From Alphaproteobacteria bacterium (GTDB taxonomy: Bacteria > Pseudomonadota > Alphaproteobacteria > MPNO01 > UBA2964), in contig WLWZ01000016.1 of assembly GCA_012103315.1 (NCBI GenBank), positions 6,288-70,287 of the forward strand: 64,000 bases of DNA, read 5' to 3'. The translations under genes and the position numbers were made by a program. Positions 8,821 to 18,559 of the stretch are shown here, one piece after another; within the stretch, counting starts at the first letter, position 1; each line of letters opens with the position of its first letter. The notes under the pieces are model-generated. The model was not told where the DNA came from and searched no databases. It worked only from the letters and a program-made list of their open reading frames with translations.

Positions 8821-11445
8821 CTAGGCCATTACTCCCGTTTTTGCCGAGGATTGCCCACCCTCAATGACCGTGAGGGGCGGACTGGTGGGTCGTGCATTCT
8901 CAGTGCTGACGTCGTTTGCGTATGTAGCCGTTGGGTTGAATAAATCGGAATAGTCGAATTCGTCCCGGTACAGGCAAAGTGATTTAAGGCCGAGGCGCCA
9001 GCCAGTCAGCAAAAGGACATGGAAATCTGCAACGGAGGTACTTCGCGGTAGCGCAAGAGCATGGCCTATACCGCCGGAGATCATCGGTTGAGTCGCTGCC
9101 ATCATTCGAATGATAGCATTGGTGTGATGTATTTTTTGGGTCGAGGTATCCCCGGTGACGAATACAACGGCATGGGCGAGATCGCGATACGGAAGTTCTG
9201 TCTCTGCCTGGTTTCCAAAGCAATAGCGGTTACATTCTTCGATGGCAGCATCGCTAAAGCCCATTGCTGCAAGTAGATCGAATTCAGGATTCTCTAGTTC
9301 CCCGCTATCTACGCCTAGAAGTTCGACACATTTCTCAACACCGAGTATCCATGGATTGAAGACTTGAGATAGATCAACAGCATTGGGCAGTGCGTCTTCA
9401 ATTTTATCAATAAGGTCTCCGTTGAAGCCTCGTTTCCGAAGTGTTTCGTAGTTAATGGCTGGAGCCCCTTTGAGTGACCGCCTTCCTAGAAGGGATTCGA
9501 TAAAGGTCTCGGCTTCCCTGTCGTTATAACCGAGGGCCGCTAAACCCAGGCGGACAGCCGCTGGAATAGTCGGCTGATATTCACCGTGATCGTCAACCTG
9601 TTGATGACAAAGGGTGGCCATGGGTTCTAGTCCAAACGAATGGCTATCAAGAATGGAGCTGGCATTGAGGTCAGGTGAAACAAGAGTGACTTGTGCATTG
9701 CGGAAACCGAATATTTCACCTTGGCGCTCCGCCTGCTTCCAGGCGTTAACTGTAGCGGCGTATAGGTCAGGAAGCGCTCGGCGCGGATTAATAGGGTGTG
9801 GCACCCATCCCAGTCCTTCATAGCCACCGATTTCACAGTCGGTCGCTCGTCGGTGATTGCGAATGACGCGCAACATGGAGTTCTTATTGATTTCAAAGCT
9901 CGGAAATGCGCCCATTTCTGAGGCTAAATCCGCAGACTTCTTATATGCTATTGCGGTTATCAAAGAACATATTATCGCGGCGATGGCACGGGCATCCTCG
10001 CTGTCGTAGGGCAAACCGTACGACATAATAAGTTCAGCGATGCCAGTAACAGAAAGGCCAAGCGGTCGATAGTTCCAAACTCGGTTGGCAGTTCGAGGGG
10101 TTATCTGCGCGCTATTGGTATGACCGATATCCAAAGCCAGGGTAATGAGCTCAACAGCGTAACGAAGATCGTCGACGGCCAATCCAAAATTGCCATCACG
10201 AAATGCTGTGCAGTTGATTGTCGCTCTGTTGCATCCTGTATCGTCTAGAAACAGAAAATCGCCATTGTCTGAGGCAGCATCAATTTCGCCGCCATCGGGA
10301 CAGGTATTCCAGCCCCCAACGGTCGTTGCATAATGGATACCTGTTTTCCGACCCGTCCAAGCCCCATAAGCAATTGCATCGAAGAGTTGATAGGCCTGGG
10401 CATTACCATCTACCGCGAGATCGATTGGTCCATCATCAAGGCGAACCATGGTGACGTCATTGTCGCTATTCGCTGCGTCTAAATCGTCGCCCGGCGGTGG
10501 GCCCAAAATGTCTGATGCCCTGACCTCGCAATTTTGTTCAATGAGTTCTAGCGTTCGATCAATGATGTTCTCTGGAACCTGGGCGCCACGGGCGGACTGA
10601 ATAGCCAACCGCAAGGCTGCGCTCATTGTACCGGTTGTTTTTCGGGATATTTGGCACTCCCTGTAGGCGTCGATCATCCCCTGGATATGTCGGGTTGCAA
10701 TGGAATACCCCATTAAGTGCGTTGCACTTTGAGCGTCAGCGGTACTATCCGCCCAGAGATCATCAAGCGTTCCGGGATCTGACCCATCGAGGGTCGTGCG
10801 TTTCAACGAGGGGGGCATTGGACGTTTGGGCGGTGCGACGTCATGTGTTTTGCTGCGGCGTACTAAACCAGTTTGGAAATCAGTGACAAATGTTTCAGGC
10901 AGCACCGTCTCTAGGCCATATGCCCAGTACACGCCGGTCTGTTGCCACTGCATCAGTTCAGGCGTAAATCGTCGGTGACACAACATCCACCGCGCTTCGT
11001 CATAAAACGATTTTGCGTCCTCTTCCGAATCGAAATAGCCACCTTGCCAACCGAGATAGGTCCAGCCGCCGGCCAATCGATCAATGGCGGTCCGGATACT
11101 GTTTTCACCGTGAAAAGCATCTTCACTGTCAGGTCTAGACAAAGAGGATGGATTAACAGCTTTTCGCCACAGCCACGTTGGGACTTCAGCCTCTTCAACT
11201 GAAATCAGTTGGCACGATGGTAAATCTGTAACCAAACAATTTTGGACAAAAAATGAGCAAACTTCTATCGGCCAGCTCGAAGGGACTTCGACGGCAGAGG
11301 CGTGATCTGAGTTTGTTGCTGAGAAGCGTTGATTCGTTTGTGGATCAAAAAACGCAAATTCCACGCCTTCATAAGGCGTGCTATCGGGTCGCGTATTACG
11401 TCGGGCAATTCTCACAGGTGCCCCCCGACTTCTATGCTGGACCAC
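8821..11445 (-). CDS. Class II (adenosylcobalamin-dependent) ribonucleotide reductase NrdJ homolog, apparently catalytically degenerate
   Basis: 874 aa, GTG start. The N-terminus matches alphaproteobacterial NrdJ: RIARRNTRPDSTPYEGVEF, EVPSSW, GGWTYLGWQGGYFDSEEDAKSFYDE, QWQQTGVYWAYG. The core LFDAIAYGAW...FLFLDDTGCNRATINCT matches the NrdJ segment around the radical Cys. The C-terminal IIRMMAATQPMISGGI...GWRLGLKSLCLYRDE matches the NrdJ C-terminus. However NPCxE is replaced by DNGDF, and the N-terminal active-site ACF and the GGGTGFSF / GGRRRGA / HPDI motifs are absent. Confidence 0.7.
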   Translation of the reverse strand: MVQHRSRGAPVRIARRNTRPDSTPYEGVEFAFFDPQTNQRFSATNSDHASAVEVPSSWPIEVCSFFVQNCLVTDLPSCQLISVEEAEVPTWLWRKAVNPSSLSRPDSEDAFHGENSIRTAIDRLAGGWTYLGWQGGYFDSEEDAKSFYDEARWMLCHRRFTPELMQWQQTGVYWAYGLETVLPETFVTDFQTGLVRRSKTHDVAPPKRPMPPSLKRTTLDGSDPGTLDDLWADSTADAQSATHLMGYSIATRHIQGMIDAYRECQISRKTTGTMSAALRLAIQSARGAQVPENIIDRTLELIEQNCEVRASDILGPPPGDDLDAANSDNDVTMVRLDDGPIDLAVDGNAQAYQLFDAIAYGAWTGRKTGIHYATTVGGWNTCPDGGEIDAASDNGDFLFLDDTGCNRATINCTAFRDGNFGLAVDDLRYAVELITLALDIGHTNSAQITPRTANRVWNYRPLGLSVTGIAELIMSYGLPYDSEDARAIAAIICSLITAIAYKKSADLASEMGAFPSFEINKNSMLRVIRNHRRATDCEIGGYEGLGWVPHPINPRRALPDLYAATVNAWKQAERQGEIFGFRNAQVTLVSPDLNASSILDSHSFGLEPMATLCHQQVDDHGEYQPTIPAAVRLGLAALGYNDREAETFIESLLGRRSLKGAPAINYETLRKRGFNGDLIDKIEDALPNAVDLSQVFNPWILGVEKCVELLGVDSGELENPEFDLLAAMGFSDAAIEECNRYCFGNQAETELPYRDLAHAVVFVTGDTSTQKIHHTNAIIRMMAATQPMISGGIGHALALPRSTSVADFHVLLLTGWRLGLKSLCLYRDEFDYSDLFNPTATYANDVSTENARPTSPPLTVIEGGQSSAKTGVMA

Positions 11446-11646
11446 ATCTTTTGTCTGGTCCTGCTAAATCACCAACACCAGATCGTCCCAGTGTACCCAG
11501 ACGATTTGGTCCCCCCAGATGGATTTGCCACCCCAACTAAACTTCATATACGTAACGCTACTATACGAACGGGGTTTTACAGCGTGCCCCAAATCTGGGG
11601 GGCGTATAATATTTAATCCCAATATATTGAAAAAGCAACAATATTC

Positions 11647-11692
11647 TGTGTATTGTCATATTATTGCCACAATATTCGGTGTGGTTTTCAAT
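11647..11692. promoter_or_regulatory. Tandem 16-nt imperfect direct repeats 30 nt apart in the divergent intergenic region; candidate NrdR-box-like operator pair
   Basis: Repeats CAACAATATTCTGTGT and CCACAATATTCGGTGT. Each is a partial ACA..TAT..TGT palindrome, and the spacing corresponds to about 3 helical turns. Confidence 0.3.
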
Positions 11693-11850
11693 TCTTTGTT
11701 TGTTTATTGCTTTACAGGCTGGTGACAGAAAGGGCTGCGCCGCCTATATGATAAAGTGGTTTGCTCAGCGAACTGCACATGGTTAACAATGTGCTAAGGT
11801 AGTTGGCGGATAGTAGTGGTCAGGTTGAAACAGTCATGGCGGCAAGATAG

Positions 11851-12207
11851 ATGACAATTGGAACGCGCCTTTATACGTTTTTAAAAGGACGGCAAGTCGG
11901 AAGCGACTCGATTGGTAACAGGTATTACGTCGAGCGCAGCCCGGCAGAAGACCACAAGCCTAAACGGTGGGTGCTGTATAGAGGGGCCGCTGAGGCCTCA
12001 GAGGTTCCCGCTGCGTGGCATGGCTGGCTGCATGGTCGAACCGACGAAATGCTGACAGCTGAAACTGAAAAGAAATATGACTGGCAGAAGGATCATTTGC
12101 CAAACCAAACTGGGTCGGCGAATGCTTATAGACCGCCCGGTCATGTGCTAAGTGGTGGACAGCGCGCAAAGGCAACTGGCGATTACGAACCTTGGCAGCC
12201 ATCCTGA
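11851..12207 (+). CDS. NADH:ubiquinone oxidoreductase subunit NDUFA12 family protein
   Basis: 118 aa. GNRYYVE...KRWVLY...VPAAWHGWLH motif is typical of the NDUFA12/B17.2 family. Confidence 0.8.
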   Translation: MTIGTRLYTFLKGRQVGSDSIGNRYYVERSPAEDHKPKRWVLYRGAAEASEVPAAWHGWLHGRTDEMLTAETEKKYDWQKDHLPNQTGSANAYRPPGHVLSGGQRAKATGDYEPWQPS

Positions 12208-12233
12208 AAAGCCTGTGAAGTGGAGTAGTTTTT

Positions 12234-12716
12234 ATGGGTAAAAATCTTGCGGAAACATTACTGGGTGCAGTCGTTTTAGCGGGTGCCGTGATTTTTTTAA
12301 CCTTCGCATATTCTAAAGGTGGTCTCAAAACCGTCGACGGTTATCAGGTCTTAAGCAAATTTGATCGTGTTGACGGCCTGGCTGAAGGCAGCGATGTCCG
12401 AATGAGTGGGATCAAAATTGGTACAGTTATTTCCCAGAAACTTGATACCAGGACATACCTCGCTGTCTTGACGATGAATGTTCAAAACGATGTTAAGTTG
12501 CCGCGGGATAGTTCCATTAGGGTGGCATCCAACGGCCTGCTTGGTGACAAATATTTGTCTATTACGCCCGGTGCTGAAGATGAAATGCTCAAACCGGGTG
12601 GGGAAATCACCCATACCCAAGGATCGGTCGATCTATTGTCTCTCGTTGGACGCATGATATTTAGCCAGACCGGCGACAAGAAAAAGGCAGCAGACAAGAA
12701 AGATGGACCGAACTGA
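12234..12716 (+). CDS. mlaD: MCE-domain protein, MlaD-like (outer membrane lipid asymmetry maintenance)
   Basis: 160 aa; N-terminal TM helix followed by an MCE domain. Confidence 0.7.
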   Translation: MGKNLAETLLGAVVLAGAVIFLTFAYSKGGLKTVDGYQVLSKFDRVDGLAEGSDVRMSGIKIGTVISQKLDTRTYLAVLTMNVQNDVKLPRDSSIRVASNGLLGDKYLSITPGAEDEMLKPGGEITHTQGSVDLLSLVGRMIFSQTGDKKKAADKKDGPN

Positions 12717-13488
12717 CGAGTCGTCGACCCTGCAACAACGATGGTTTGCCGACCGTTATGCTGAAAATGCCCGGTTTGTCTCGGATCGGGCAGAACCTCT
12801 CATTGAACTTTTGGCACCTACGAATGACGAGATTATCCTCGATCTCGGTTGCGGAGATGGTGCGCTAACCAAACTGATTGCGGACGCTGGTGCTACTGCC
12901 ATAGGGGTAGATGCCAGTGTTGACCAGATCATTGCTAGCAGAAATTTGGGAATCCCCTCTGCCGTCATGGATGGTCATAATTTGGCCTTTAACGAAGTGT
13001 TCGATGCAATTTTGACGAATGCGGCTCTGCATTGGATGACCTCACCGAACGAGGTCATTGATGGAATGTGGAATGCTTTGAAACCCGGCGGGAGAGTGGT
13101 TGGCGAAATGGGTGGTGCCGGAAATATTGCCAAGATTACCCGCGCCCTTACGAAGGCGCTGGAAAGGCGTAACCTTCACAAGAAGGTCGTATTTCCTTGG
13201 TTTTTTCCGAGCGAAGCAGATTATCGGCAACGACTAGAGGCCCGTGGTTTTATCGTCGACTACATGGCGTTAATTCCGAGGCCGACGGCGCTGCCGGGCG
13301 AGTTTACTGCTTGGCTTGATACGTTCGCCGAACAGTTTCTGTTTCTTGTTCCTAAGAAAGAGCGGGTAGCCTTTAAGGAAGAGATTTCAGATGCCGTGCG
13401 GCCAGATCTGTTTGATCCGCATGGTTGTTGGGTTGCCGATTATGTCCGGCTGCGGTTTTCTGCGACCCGTCCGGAAAAGGACTCCTAG
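12703..13488 (+). CDS. Class I SAM-dependent methyltransferase (Tam-like)
   Basis: 261 aa with the LDLGCGDG SAM-binding motif. Confidence 0.7.
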   Translation: MDRTDESSTLQQRWFADRYAENARFVSDRAEPLIELLAPTNDEIILDLGCGDGALTKLIADAGATAIGVDASVDQIIASRNLGIPSAVMDGHNLAFNEVFDAILTNAALHWMTSPNEVIDGMWNALKPGGRVVGEMGGAGNIAKITRALTKALERRNLHKKVVFPWFFPSEADYRQRLEARGFIVDYMALIPRPTALPGEFTAWLDTFAEQFLFLVPKKERVAFKEEISDAVRPDLFDPHGCWVADYVRLRFSATRPEKDS

Positions 13489-13895
13489 TGTCACGAAATT
13501 CCCTTCGTCAGATTTTTCGCGCTATGGCGCTTTCAGTTGTTTGCCTTAGCGGTGGCAATGCCCAGGCTGCTTCTGATGGCGCAGTTTTGCAGGGTCTAGA
13601 CAAGGTAACTGCGCGCATCCAGACCTTTGACGCGCCAATCGATAAGCCTGTCGCGTTTGGTAGCCTTCGGGTACGTGTGCGGACATGTGAGAAAAGACCA
13701 CCGGAAGAGCCGCCTGAGAGCGCCGCCTTTTTGGAAATTACAGATGAGCGGCCTGGTGAAGCTGTGAAACGGGTTTATTCAGGCTGGATGTTTGCTTCGA
13801 GCCCGGGGCTCTCGGCGATGGAACATCCTGTTTACGATGTTTGGGTGGTCGATTGTATGAAAGACTCCAGCTCGGATCCTTCTATTTCCCGATGA
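13488..13895 (+). CDS. DUF2155 domain protein (secreted)
   Basis: The track ORF starts at 13425 and overlaps the upstream gene. An in-frame GTG at 13488 gives a signal peptide ([26 protein letters not shown]). The body matches DUF2155. Confidence 0.6.
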   Translation: MSRNSLRQIFRAMALSVVCLSGGNAQAASDGAVLQGLDKVTARIQTFDAPIDKPVAFGSLRVRVRTCEKRPPEEPPESAAFLEITDERPGEAVKRVYSGWMFASSPGLSAMEHPVYDVWVVDCMKDSSSDPSISR

Positions 13896-14482
13896 AACTT
13901 GGCGGTTTTGTCCAAAGCAGATGACAGGAGCTGTCGATAGCCGCTGCGATGAATCTCGACGGCACCAAATTGATTGAGGTGATTGGTAACAAACTGGGTG
14001 TCTAACAGCGTGAAATCGCCTTTTTTAAGGCGGGCAACCAAATGAACTAAAGCGACTTTGCTTGCGTCAGTAACACGACTAAACATGCTTTCTCCAAAGA
14101 AAGCCCCCCCGAGCGCTACGCCGTATAAACCACCGACCAGTTGTTCATCGAGCCAGCATTCCACGCTATGCGCTCGTCCAATCTCAAATAAATCGACATA
14201 GAGTTTTATGAACTCCTCGTTGATCCACGTCTCTTTGCGGTCGTCTGCCGGTGTCGCGCAAAGGCGTATGACGTCCTCAAAAGCAGAGTCGCATTTAATT
14301 TCAAAGCATTGTCGACGAACGGTTTTTCTTAACCGACGCGGAATCCGGAAACGATCAAGTGGTAAGATTCCTCGTTTTTCAGGGTCAATCCAATAGAGCG
14401 TAGGGTCGTCGTGATGTTCGGCCATCGGAAACAGTCCGACGGCGTAGGCGCGGAGCAATATGTCAGGACTAAGTCCAACCAT
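13832..14482 (-). CDS. aat: Leucyl/phenylalanyl-tRNA--protein transferase
   Basis: 216 aa; [12 protein letters not shown] and [19 protein letters not shown] motifs. Confidence 0.85.
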   Translation of the reverse strand: MVGLSPDILLRAYAVGLFPMAEHHDDPTLYWIDPEKRGILPLDRFRIPRRLRKTVRRQCFEIKCDSAFEDVIRLCATPADDRKETWINEEFIKLYVDLFEIGRAHSVECWLDEQLVGGLYGVALGGAFFGESMFSRVTDASKVALVHLVARLKKGDFTLLDTQFVTNHLNQFGAVEIHRSGYRQLLSSALDKTAKFHREIEGSELESFIQSTTQTS

Positions 14483-14485
14483 TAG

Positions 14486-15835
14486 CTAGCCGTTATTGCG
14501 GGCCTCAACAAATTTCTCAAGCCAGTGAATATTATAATCGCCATTTACGAAATCAGGATCCTTTATAATTTCCTGATGCAACGGGATCGTCGTTTCGATG
14601 CCGGTAATTACATATTCCTCGAGGGCCCGATGCAAACGCATCAGGCATTCATTTCTACTCGCGCCATAAACAACGAGCTTGGAAATTAGACTGTCGTAAT
14701 GCGGGAGAACCGAATATCCGGCGTACAGTGCCGAGTCGACACGGACCCCCAACCCTCCTGGTGGATGATAGGTATGTACCTCACCGGGCGATGGTGTGAA
14801 GTCTTGCGATGATTCAGCGTTGATCCGGCATTCAATCGCATGGCCCGCAAACGTGACATCTTCCTGTGAAAACGACAAAGGCGCCCCACTTGCCAACCTG
14901 ATTTGTTCCCTAACGACATCGATGCCCGTTATCGCTTCGGTAACAGGATGCTCGACTTGCAAGCGAGTATTCATCTCAATGAAATAAAATTCACCGTCCT
15001 CATATAAGAACTCGATCGTACCAGCGTTCCGGTATTTCAATGTCGAGAGCGCTTTGCAGGCGACGTCGCCGATCGCGTCACGTCCGTCTGCGTTAAGGGC
15101 AGGGGAACCTGCTTCTTCCAAGATCTTTTGATGTCGGCGTTGCAGTGAGCAGTCGCGCTCACCGAGATGAACAACCTGTCCATTGCCGTCACCCATAACT
15201 TGTATTTCGATATGACGCGGCTTTTGTAGAAATTTTTCCATATAGACAGCGTCGTCACCGAAAGCGGCCAGCGCTTCCGTGCCGGCCTTCCGAATGGCAT
15301 TTTCAAGTTCTGACCGTTCTTGAACAATTTGCATGCCGCGACCGCCACCACCGGCAGAGGCCTTGATCAAAACTGGATAGCCTATTTCTTCTGCTACGTC
15401 CTTGGCGAGGTCTATATCCTTCACGGCACCGTCAGACCCAGGAACTACAGGAATTCCGAGTTCTTCGACTTTGGTCTTTGACGCAATCTTGTCGCCCATC
15501 AAGGCAATATGATCAGACGTTGGCCCAATAAAACAGATGCCGTGTTCCTCGACGATGGAAGCAAAGTTTGCATTCTCGGACAGGAATCCATAGCCGGGAT
15601 GGATGGCATCGGCGTTGGTTACTGTGGCCGCTGTTATGATCGCCGGTATATTGAGATAGGACTCTGTTGCAGGAGCAGGTCCGATACAGACGCTTTCATC
15701 TGCCAGCCGGACATGCATAGCATTGGCATCGACTGTGGAATGGACAGCAACCGTTTTGATTCCCATTTCCTTGCAAGCTCGGTGCACCCGCAAGGCGATT
15801 TCACCACGGTTGGCGATGAGGATTTTGTCGAACAT
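14486..15835 (-). CDS. accC: Acetyl-CoA carboxylase biotin carboxylase subunit
   Basis: 449 aa; MFDKILIANRGEIALR start, ATP-grasp fold, located downstream of accB. Confidence 0.95.
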   Translation of the reverse strand: MFDKILIANRGEIALRVHRACKEMGIKTVAVHSTVDANAMHVRLADESVCIGPAPATESYLNIPAIITAATVTNADAIHPGYGFLSENANFASIVEEHGICFIGPTSDHIALMGDKIASKTKVEELGIPVVPGSDGAVKDIDLAKDVAEEIGYPVLIKASAGGGGRGMQIVQERSELENAIRKAGTEALAAFGDDAVYMEKFLQKPRHIEIQVMGDGNGQVVHLGERDCSLQRRHQKILEEAGSPALNADGRDAIGDVACKALSTLKYRNAGTIEFLYEDGEFYFIEMNTRLQVEHPVTEAITGIDVVREQIRLASGAPLSFSQEDVTFAGHAIECRINAESSQDFTPSPGEVHTYHPPGGLGVRVDSALYAGYSVLPHYDSLISKLVVYGASRNECLMRLHRALEEYVITGIETTIPLHQEIIKDPDFVNGDYNIHWLEKFVEARNNG

Positions 15836-15845
15836 TAGTCAGTCC

Positions 15846-16295
15846 TTACTCGAGAATTACGAGTTCCTCACCAAACTCCACGGGGGATTTGTCTGGTACC
15901 GCAATTTCAACGACCTTTCCGGCCCGAGGTGCGCGTACCGGATTGAAAGTTTTCATCGCCTCAATCAACAACAAGGTTTGCCCTTCTGAAACTGTATCGC
16001 CTGGCTTTACGAATGGCGGCGCACCGGGCTCAGGCGAAAGATAGACGACCCCGACCATGGGGGCTGTCACGGCGCCTGCTCGCGGTCCGGCGTCCGCTGC
16101 CGGTGTATCAGCAGGGGGGGGTGGTGCGGAGCCAGGCATAGGTGCGGACGCTACCAGTTGACCGGATGATCCACGGGAGACCCGAACGGCATGTTCACCG
16201 ACCTTGTATTCGATTTCGGTCAATCCAGTTTCATCAAGAAGCTCGGCAAGTTTGCGGACCATTGCTTCATTTACGTCGAACTCTGCCATCAACAT
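15846..16295 (-). CDS. accB: Acetyl-CoA carboxylase biotin carboxyl carrier protein
   Basis: 149 aa; Pro/Ala linker and the EAMKT biotinyl-lysine motif. Confidence 0.9.
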   Translation of the reverse strand: MLMAEFDVNEAMVRKLAELLDETGLTEIEYKVGEHAVRVSRGSSGQLVASAPMPGSAPPPPADTPAADAGPRAGAVTAPMVGVVYLSPEPGAPPFVKPGDTVSEGQTLLLIEAMKTFNPVRAPRAGKVVEIAVPDKSPVEFGEELVILE

Positions 16296-16774
16296 TCCTC
16301 TTTCTCAGAAACCAGTCGTGAAATTGCATCTAGCGCTAACAAATACCCGTGTGCGCCGAATCCGCAAATCACACCGTTCGCAATCGACGAAACATAGGAG
16401 TGATGTCGAAACGGTTCCCGACTAAATATATTGGAAAGATGCAATTCAATAATTGGACATCCAACCTGCTTGAGGGCATCTAAAATTGCGATAGAGGTGT
16501 GGGTATATGCAGCAGGATTAATGATTATGCCGTCTGTCGTTCCGGCGGCATTCTGAATCCAGTCAACGATTTCTCCTTCGCTGTTACTTTGGCGGAAGTC
16601 GATACTCGTTCCAATTTCCTTTCCACGTTGGCCACATTTCTTTTCGATATCCGAAAGGGTTTCGTGACCATAGATTTTAGGCTCACGGGTTCCTAAGAGA
16701 TTTAAGTTAGGGCCGTTCAGGATCAGTATTTTAGGCATTTCGTCTGACGGATTACTTATACGTCCAATATTCAC
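16289..16774 (-). CDS. aroQ: Type II 3-dehydroquinate dehydratase
   Basis: 161 aa; [15 protein letters not shown]...YGH signature; aroQ-accB-accC gene order. Confidence 0.9.
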   Translation of the reverse strand: MNIGRISNPSDEMPKILILNGPNLNLLGTREPKIYGHETLSDIEKKCGQRGKEIGTSIDFRQSNSEGEIVDWIQNAAGTTDGIIINPAAYTHTSIAILDALKQVGCPIIELHLSNIFSREPFRHHSYVSSIANGVICGFGAHGYLLALDAISRLVSEKEEC

Positions 16775-16965
16775 GTTGACTAACGGTTATCGTACCAAAG
16801 CAACGTACGCAATGACCGTGTAGCTTGTAATAATAGTCTATACGCCAATGCAAACGAATCGATTTCAGCATTTATTAATCATTTCCCGGAAAAATATAGT
16901 CTACAAAATTTAACTAAACCCATTCTGGCAGTTGGACCTCGACCAAACAAAGGGTCGGAATATCT

Positions 16966-17400
16966 ATGCGGTCATATGAGATACAGGTCTTTAAAGCGGG
17001 TAAATGGGAGTTCGACTCCTATTTTGAGGATCGCGAAAGTGCGATGTTTGATGCTGACCAACTGGTTGCCGATGTTCGCATCCAGGGAGTGCGGGTTTTA
17101 AAAGAGAATTACAATCAAGAGTCCAATATCGCGAAATGTGATGTCATCTTTACGCGTATGCGCAATAAGAATGGTCCGGGCGACTGGCGAAATAAAGCGC
17201 GGAAAAAGAGTGAAAATACTACGGCACCATCGGTAAGACATGAACGGGCACGACAGCCAGTACGCCGTAAAAAGCCCGTAAAAAAGCGTAATAGCCCAGT
17301 TTTAGCTCTCGTGACGTTTGCTCTAATTCTTCTCGTTGGCGGTATGGCGACTTTGTATGGACTAGGTGGATTCCCAGAATTTGCTGTCCCTTGGCTCTGA
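16966..17400 (+). CDS. Hypothetical tail-anchored membrane protein (paralog 1)
   Basis: 144 aa. N-terminal roughly 70-aa domain (MRSYEIQVFKAGKWEFDS...GVRVLKENYNQES), a Lys/Arg-rich linker, and one C-terminal TM helix. Confidence 0.5.
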   Translation: MRSYEIQVFKAGKWEFDSYFEDRESAMFDADQLVADVRIQGVRVLKENYNQESNIAKCDVIFTRMRNKNGPGDWRNKARKKSENTTAPSVRHERARQPVRRKKPVKKRNSPVLALVTFALILLVGGMATLYGLGGFPEFAVPWL

Positions 17401-17488
17401 AAAAGGACTTGCCAGTCGACTTCTGTATTTACCGGTTATTAAGGTTAATCAGTAACCCTGTCCGCTTAATATTGATCTGTGGATAGTT

Positions 17489-17989
17489 ATGACGGAAAGT
17501 ATTCCAGGTAGCGTCAGCCGCGCGGAAATCAAAGAAGAACTGCCTCAAGGGATGGAGCGGCGACTTGTTTTGCGACTTCTCACCCACTGGCGAGCAATCT
17601 GTGGCGACCGAGATTTCCCCTCATTTTCTGAGGTGGAACCGAATGATATGCCGGATATGTGGCATAGCTGCTTTGTGTTGGAAGTCGTCGGGCACGAAGA
17701 TGATCCAGTGTTCCGAACTGCTGGCGGTGAGATTTTCAGCTATGCGCCTGGTTCGCTCATTGGAACGCCTGTTTCAAATTGGACGCCGGATACGCTGATC
17801 GGCGTTGCTGTTCGTCATACGCATGGCGTTCTGCGCAAACGTGTGCCGATGTCTCATGGCGATGAGTTTGTAAAAATCGACGGTACCCGAGTTCTCTATC
17901 GAAGCATCCTGTTACCCATGAGTGATGACGGCGAAACTATAAGCGGTCTTCTTGGCGCGGCGAACTGCCGGGAAGTTCACGAGGAATAA
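17489..17989 (+). CDS. PAS_5-like PAS-fold protein (alphaproteobacterial family)
   Basis: 166 aa. Pattern L..W.......FP....V.P.DMPD....CFVLEV......VFR..G.....Y....L.G. Confidence 0.5.
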   Translation: MTESIPGSVSRAEIKEELPQGMERRLVLRLLTHWRAICGDRDFPSFSEVEPNDMPDMWHSCFVLEVVGHEDDPVFRTAGGEIFSYAPGSLIGTPVSNWTPDTLIGVAVRHTHGVLRKRVPMSHGDEFVKIDGTRVLYRSILLPMSDDGETISGLLGAANCREVHEE

Positions 17990-18025
17990 ACTGGAATCCT
18001 GAAATTCCAGTTTATGTAGCGATTT

Positions 18026-18442
18026 ATGAGAGCATTCGAGATACACACATTCCGGGGCGGCAAGTGGAAGATCGACTCCGTCTTTGACGATAAAGACTTA
18101 GCTCTTTTTGAAGCGCGCCGGATGGATCAAAGCTCGCGTTACTCTGGCGTGCGGGTCATCGAAGAACACTATAACGAAACGAGCGATGAAACGGTTTCCC
18201 GAACAATTTTCAAGGGTGGCCGAGCCGAAAAACAGGCCTCGCCCAGACAACAAGATGCCAAGAAGGAAAGCAAGGCGCCGGTCCGGCGAAAGGGTGCCGA
18301 AGGCCGCAAAGGCAGACGCAAACGTCCCGTACGGAAGAAAAAGAAATCCGGCTTAATGGTACCACTTACCATTCTTTTTGTGATTGTGATCGTCGGTCTC
18401 GGTGCAATGTTTGGTTTGCAGCATCTATCCATTCTTCAATAG
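18026..18442 (+). CDS. Hypothetical tail-anchored membrane protein (paralog 2)
   Basis: 138 aa with the same architecture as the 16966 ORF (MRAFEIHTFRGGKWKIDS...GVRVIEEHYNETS, basic linker, C-terminal TM). Confidence 0.5.
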   Translation: MRAFEIHTFRGGKWKIDSVFDDKDLALFEARRMDQSSRYSGVRVIEEHYNETSDETVSRTIFKGGRAEKQASPRQQDAKKESKAPVRRKGAEGRKGRRKRPVRKKKKSGLMVPLTILFVIVIVGLGAMFGLQHLSILQ

Positions 18443-18559
18443 GTCGTATTTAAGCCTAACAGGCGAACGATTTGTCTTCCGCAACGTCATTTCTATGTGT
18501 AAAAGCGCGTCCCTATAGAGCGTTCGGCCGACCTGCTGACGATTTTTGGATTTGCGCCT

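Noticed and set aside
11446-11850. Expected cobalamin riboswitch in the leader of a B12-type RNR gene
   Set aside because: I found no B12-box-like GCCACTG / AGYCMGGAAG element or GGTG..CC conserved stems on either strand by eye. A covariance-model scan is needed to be sure.
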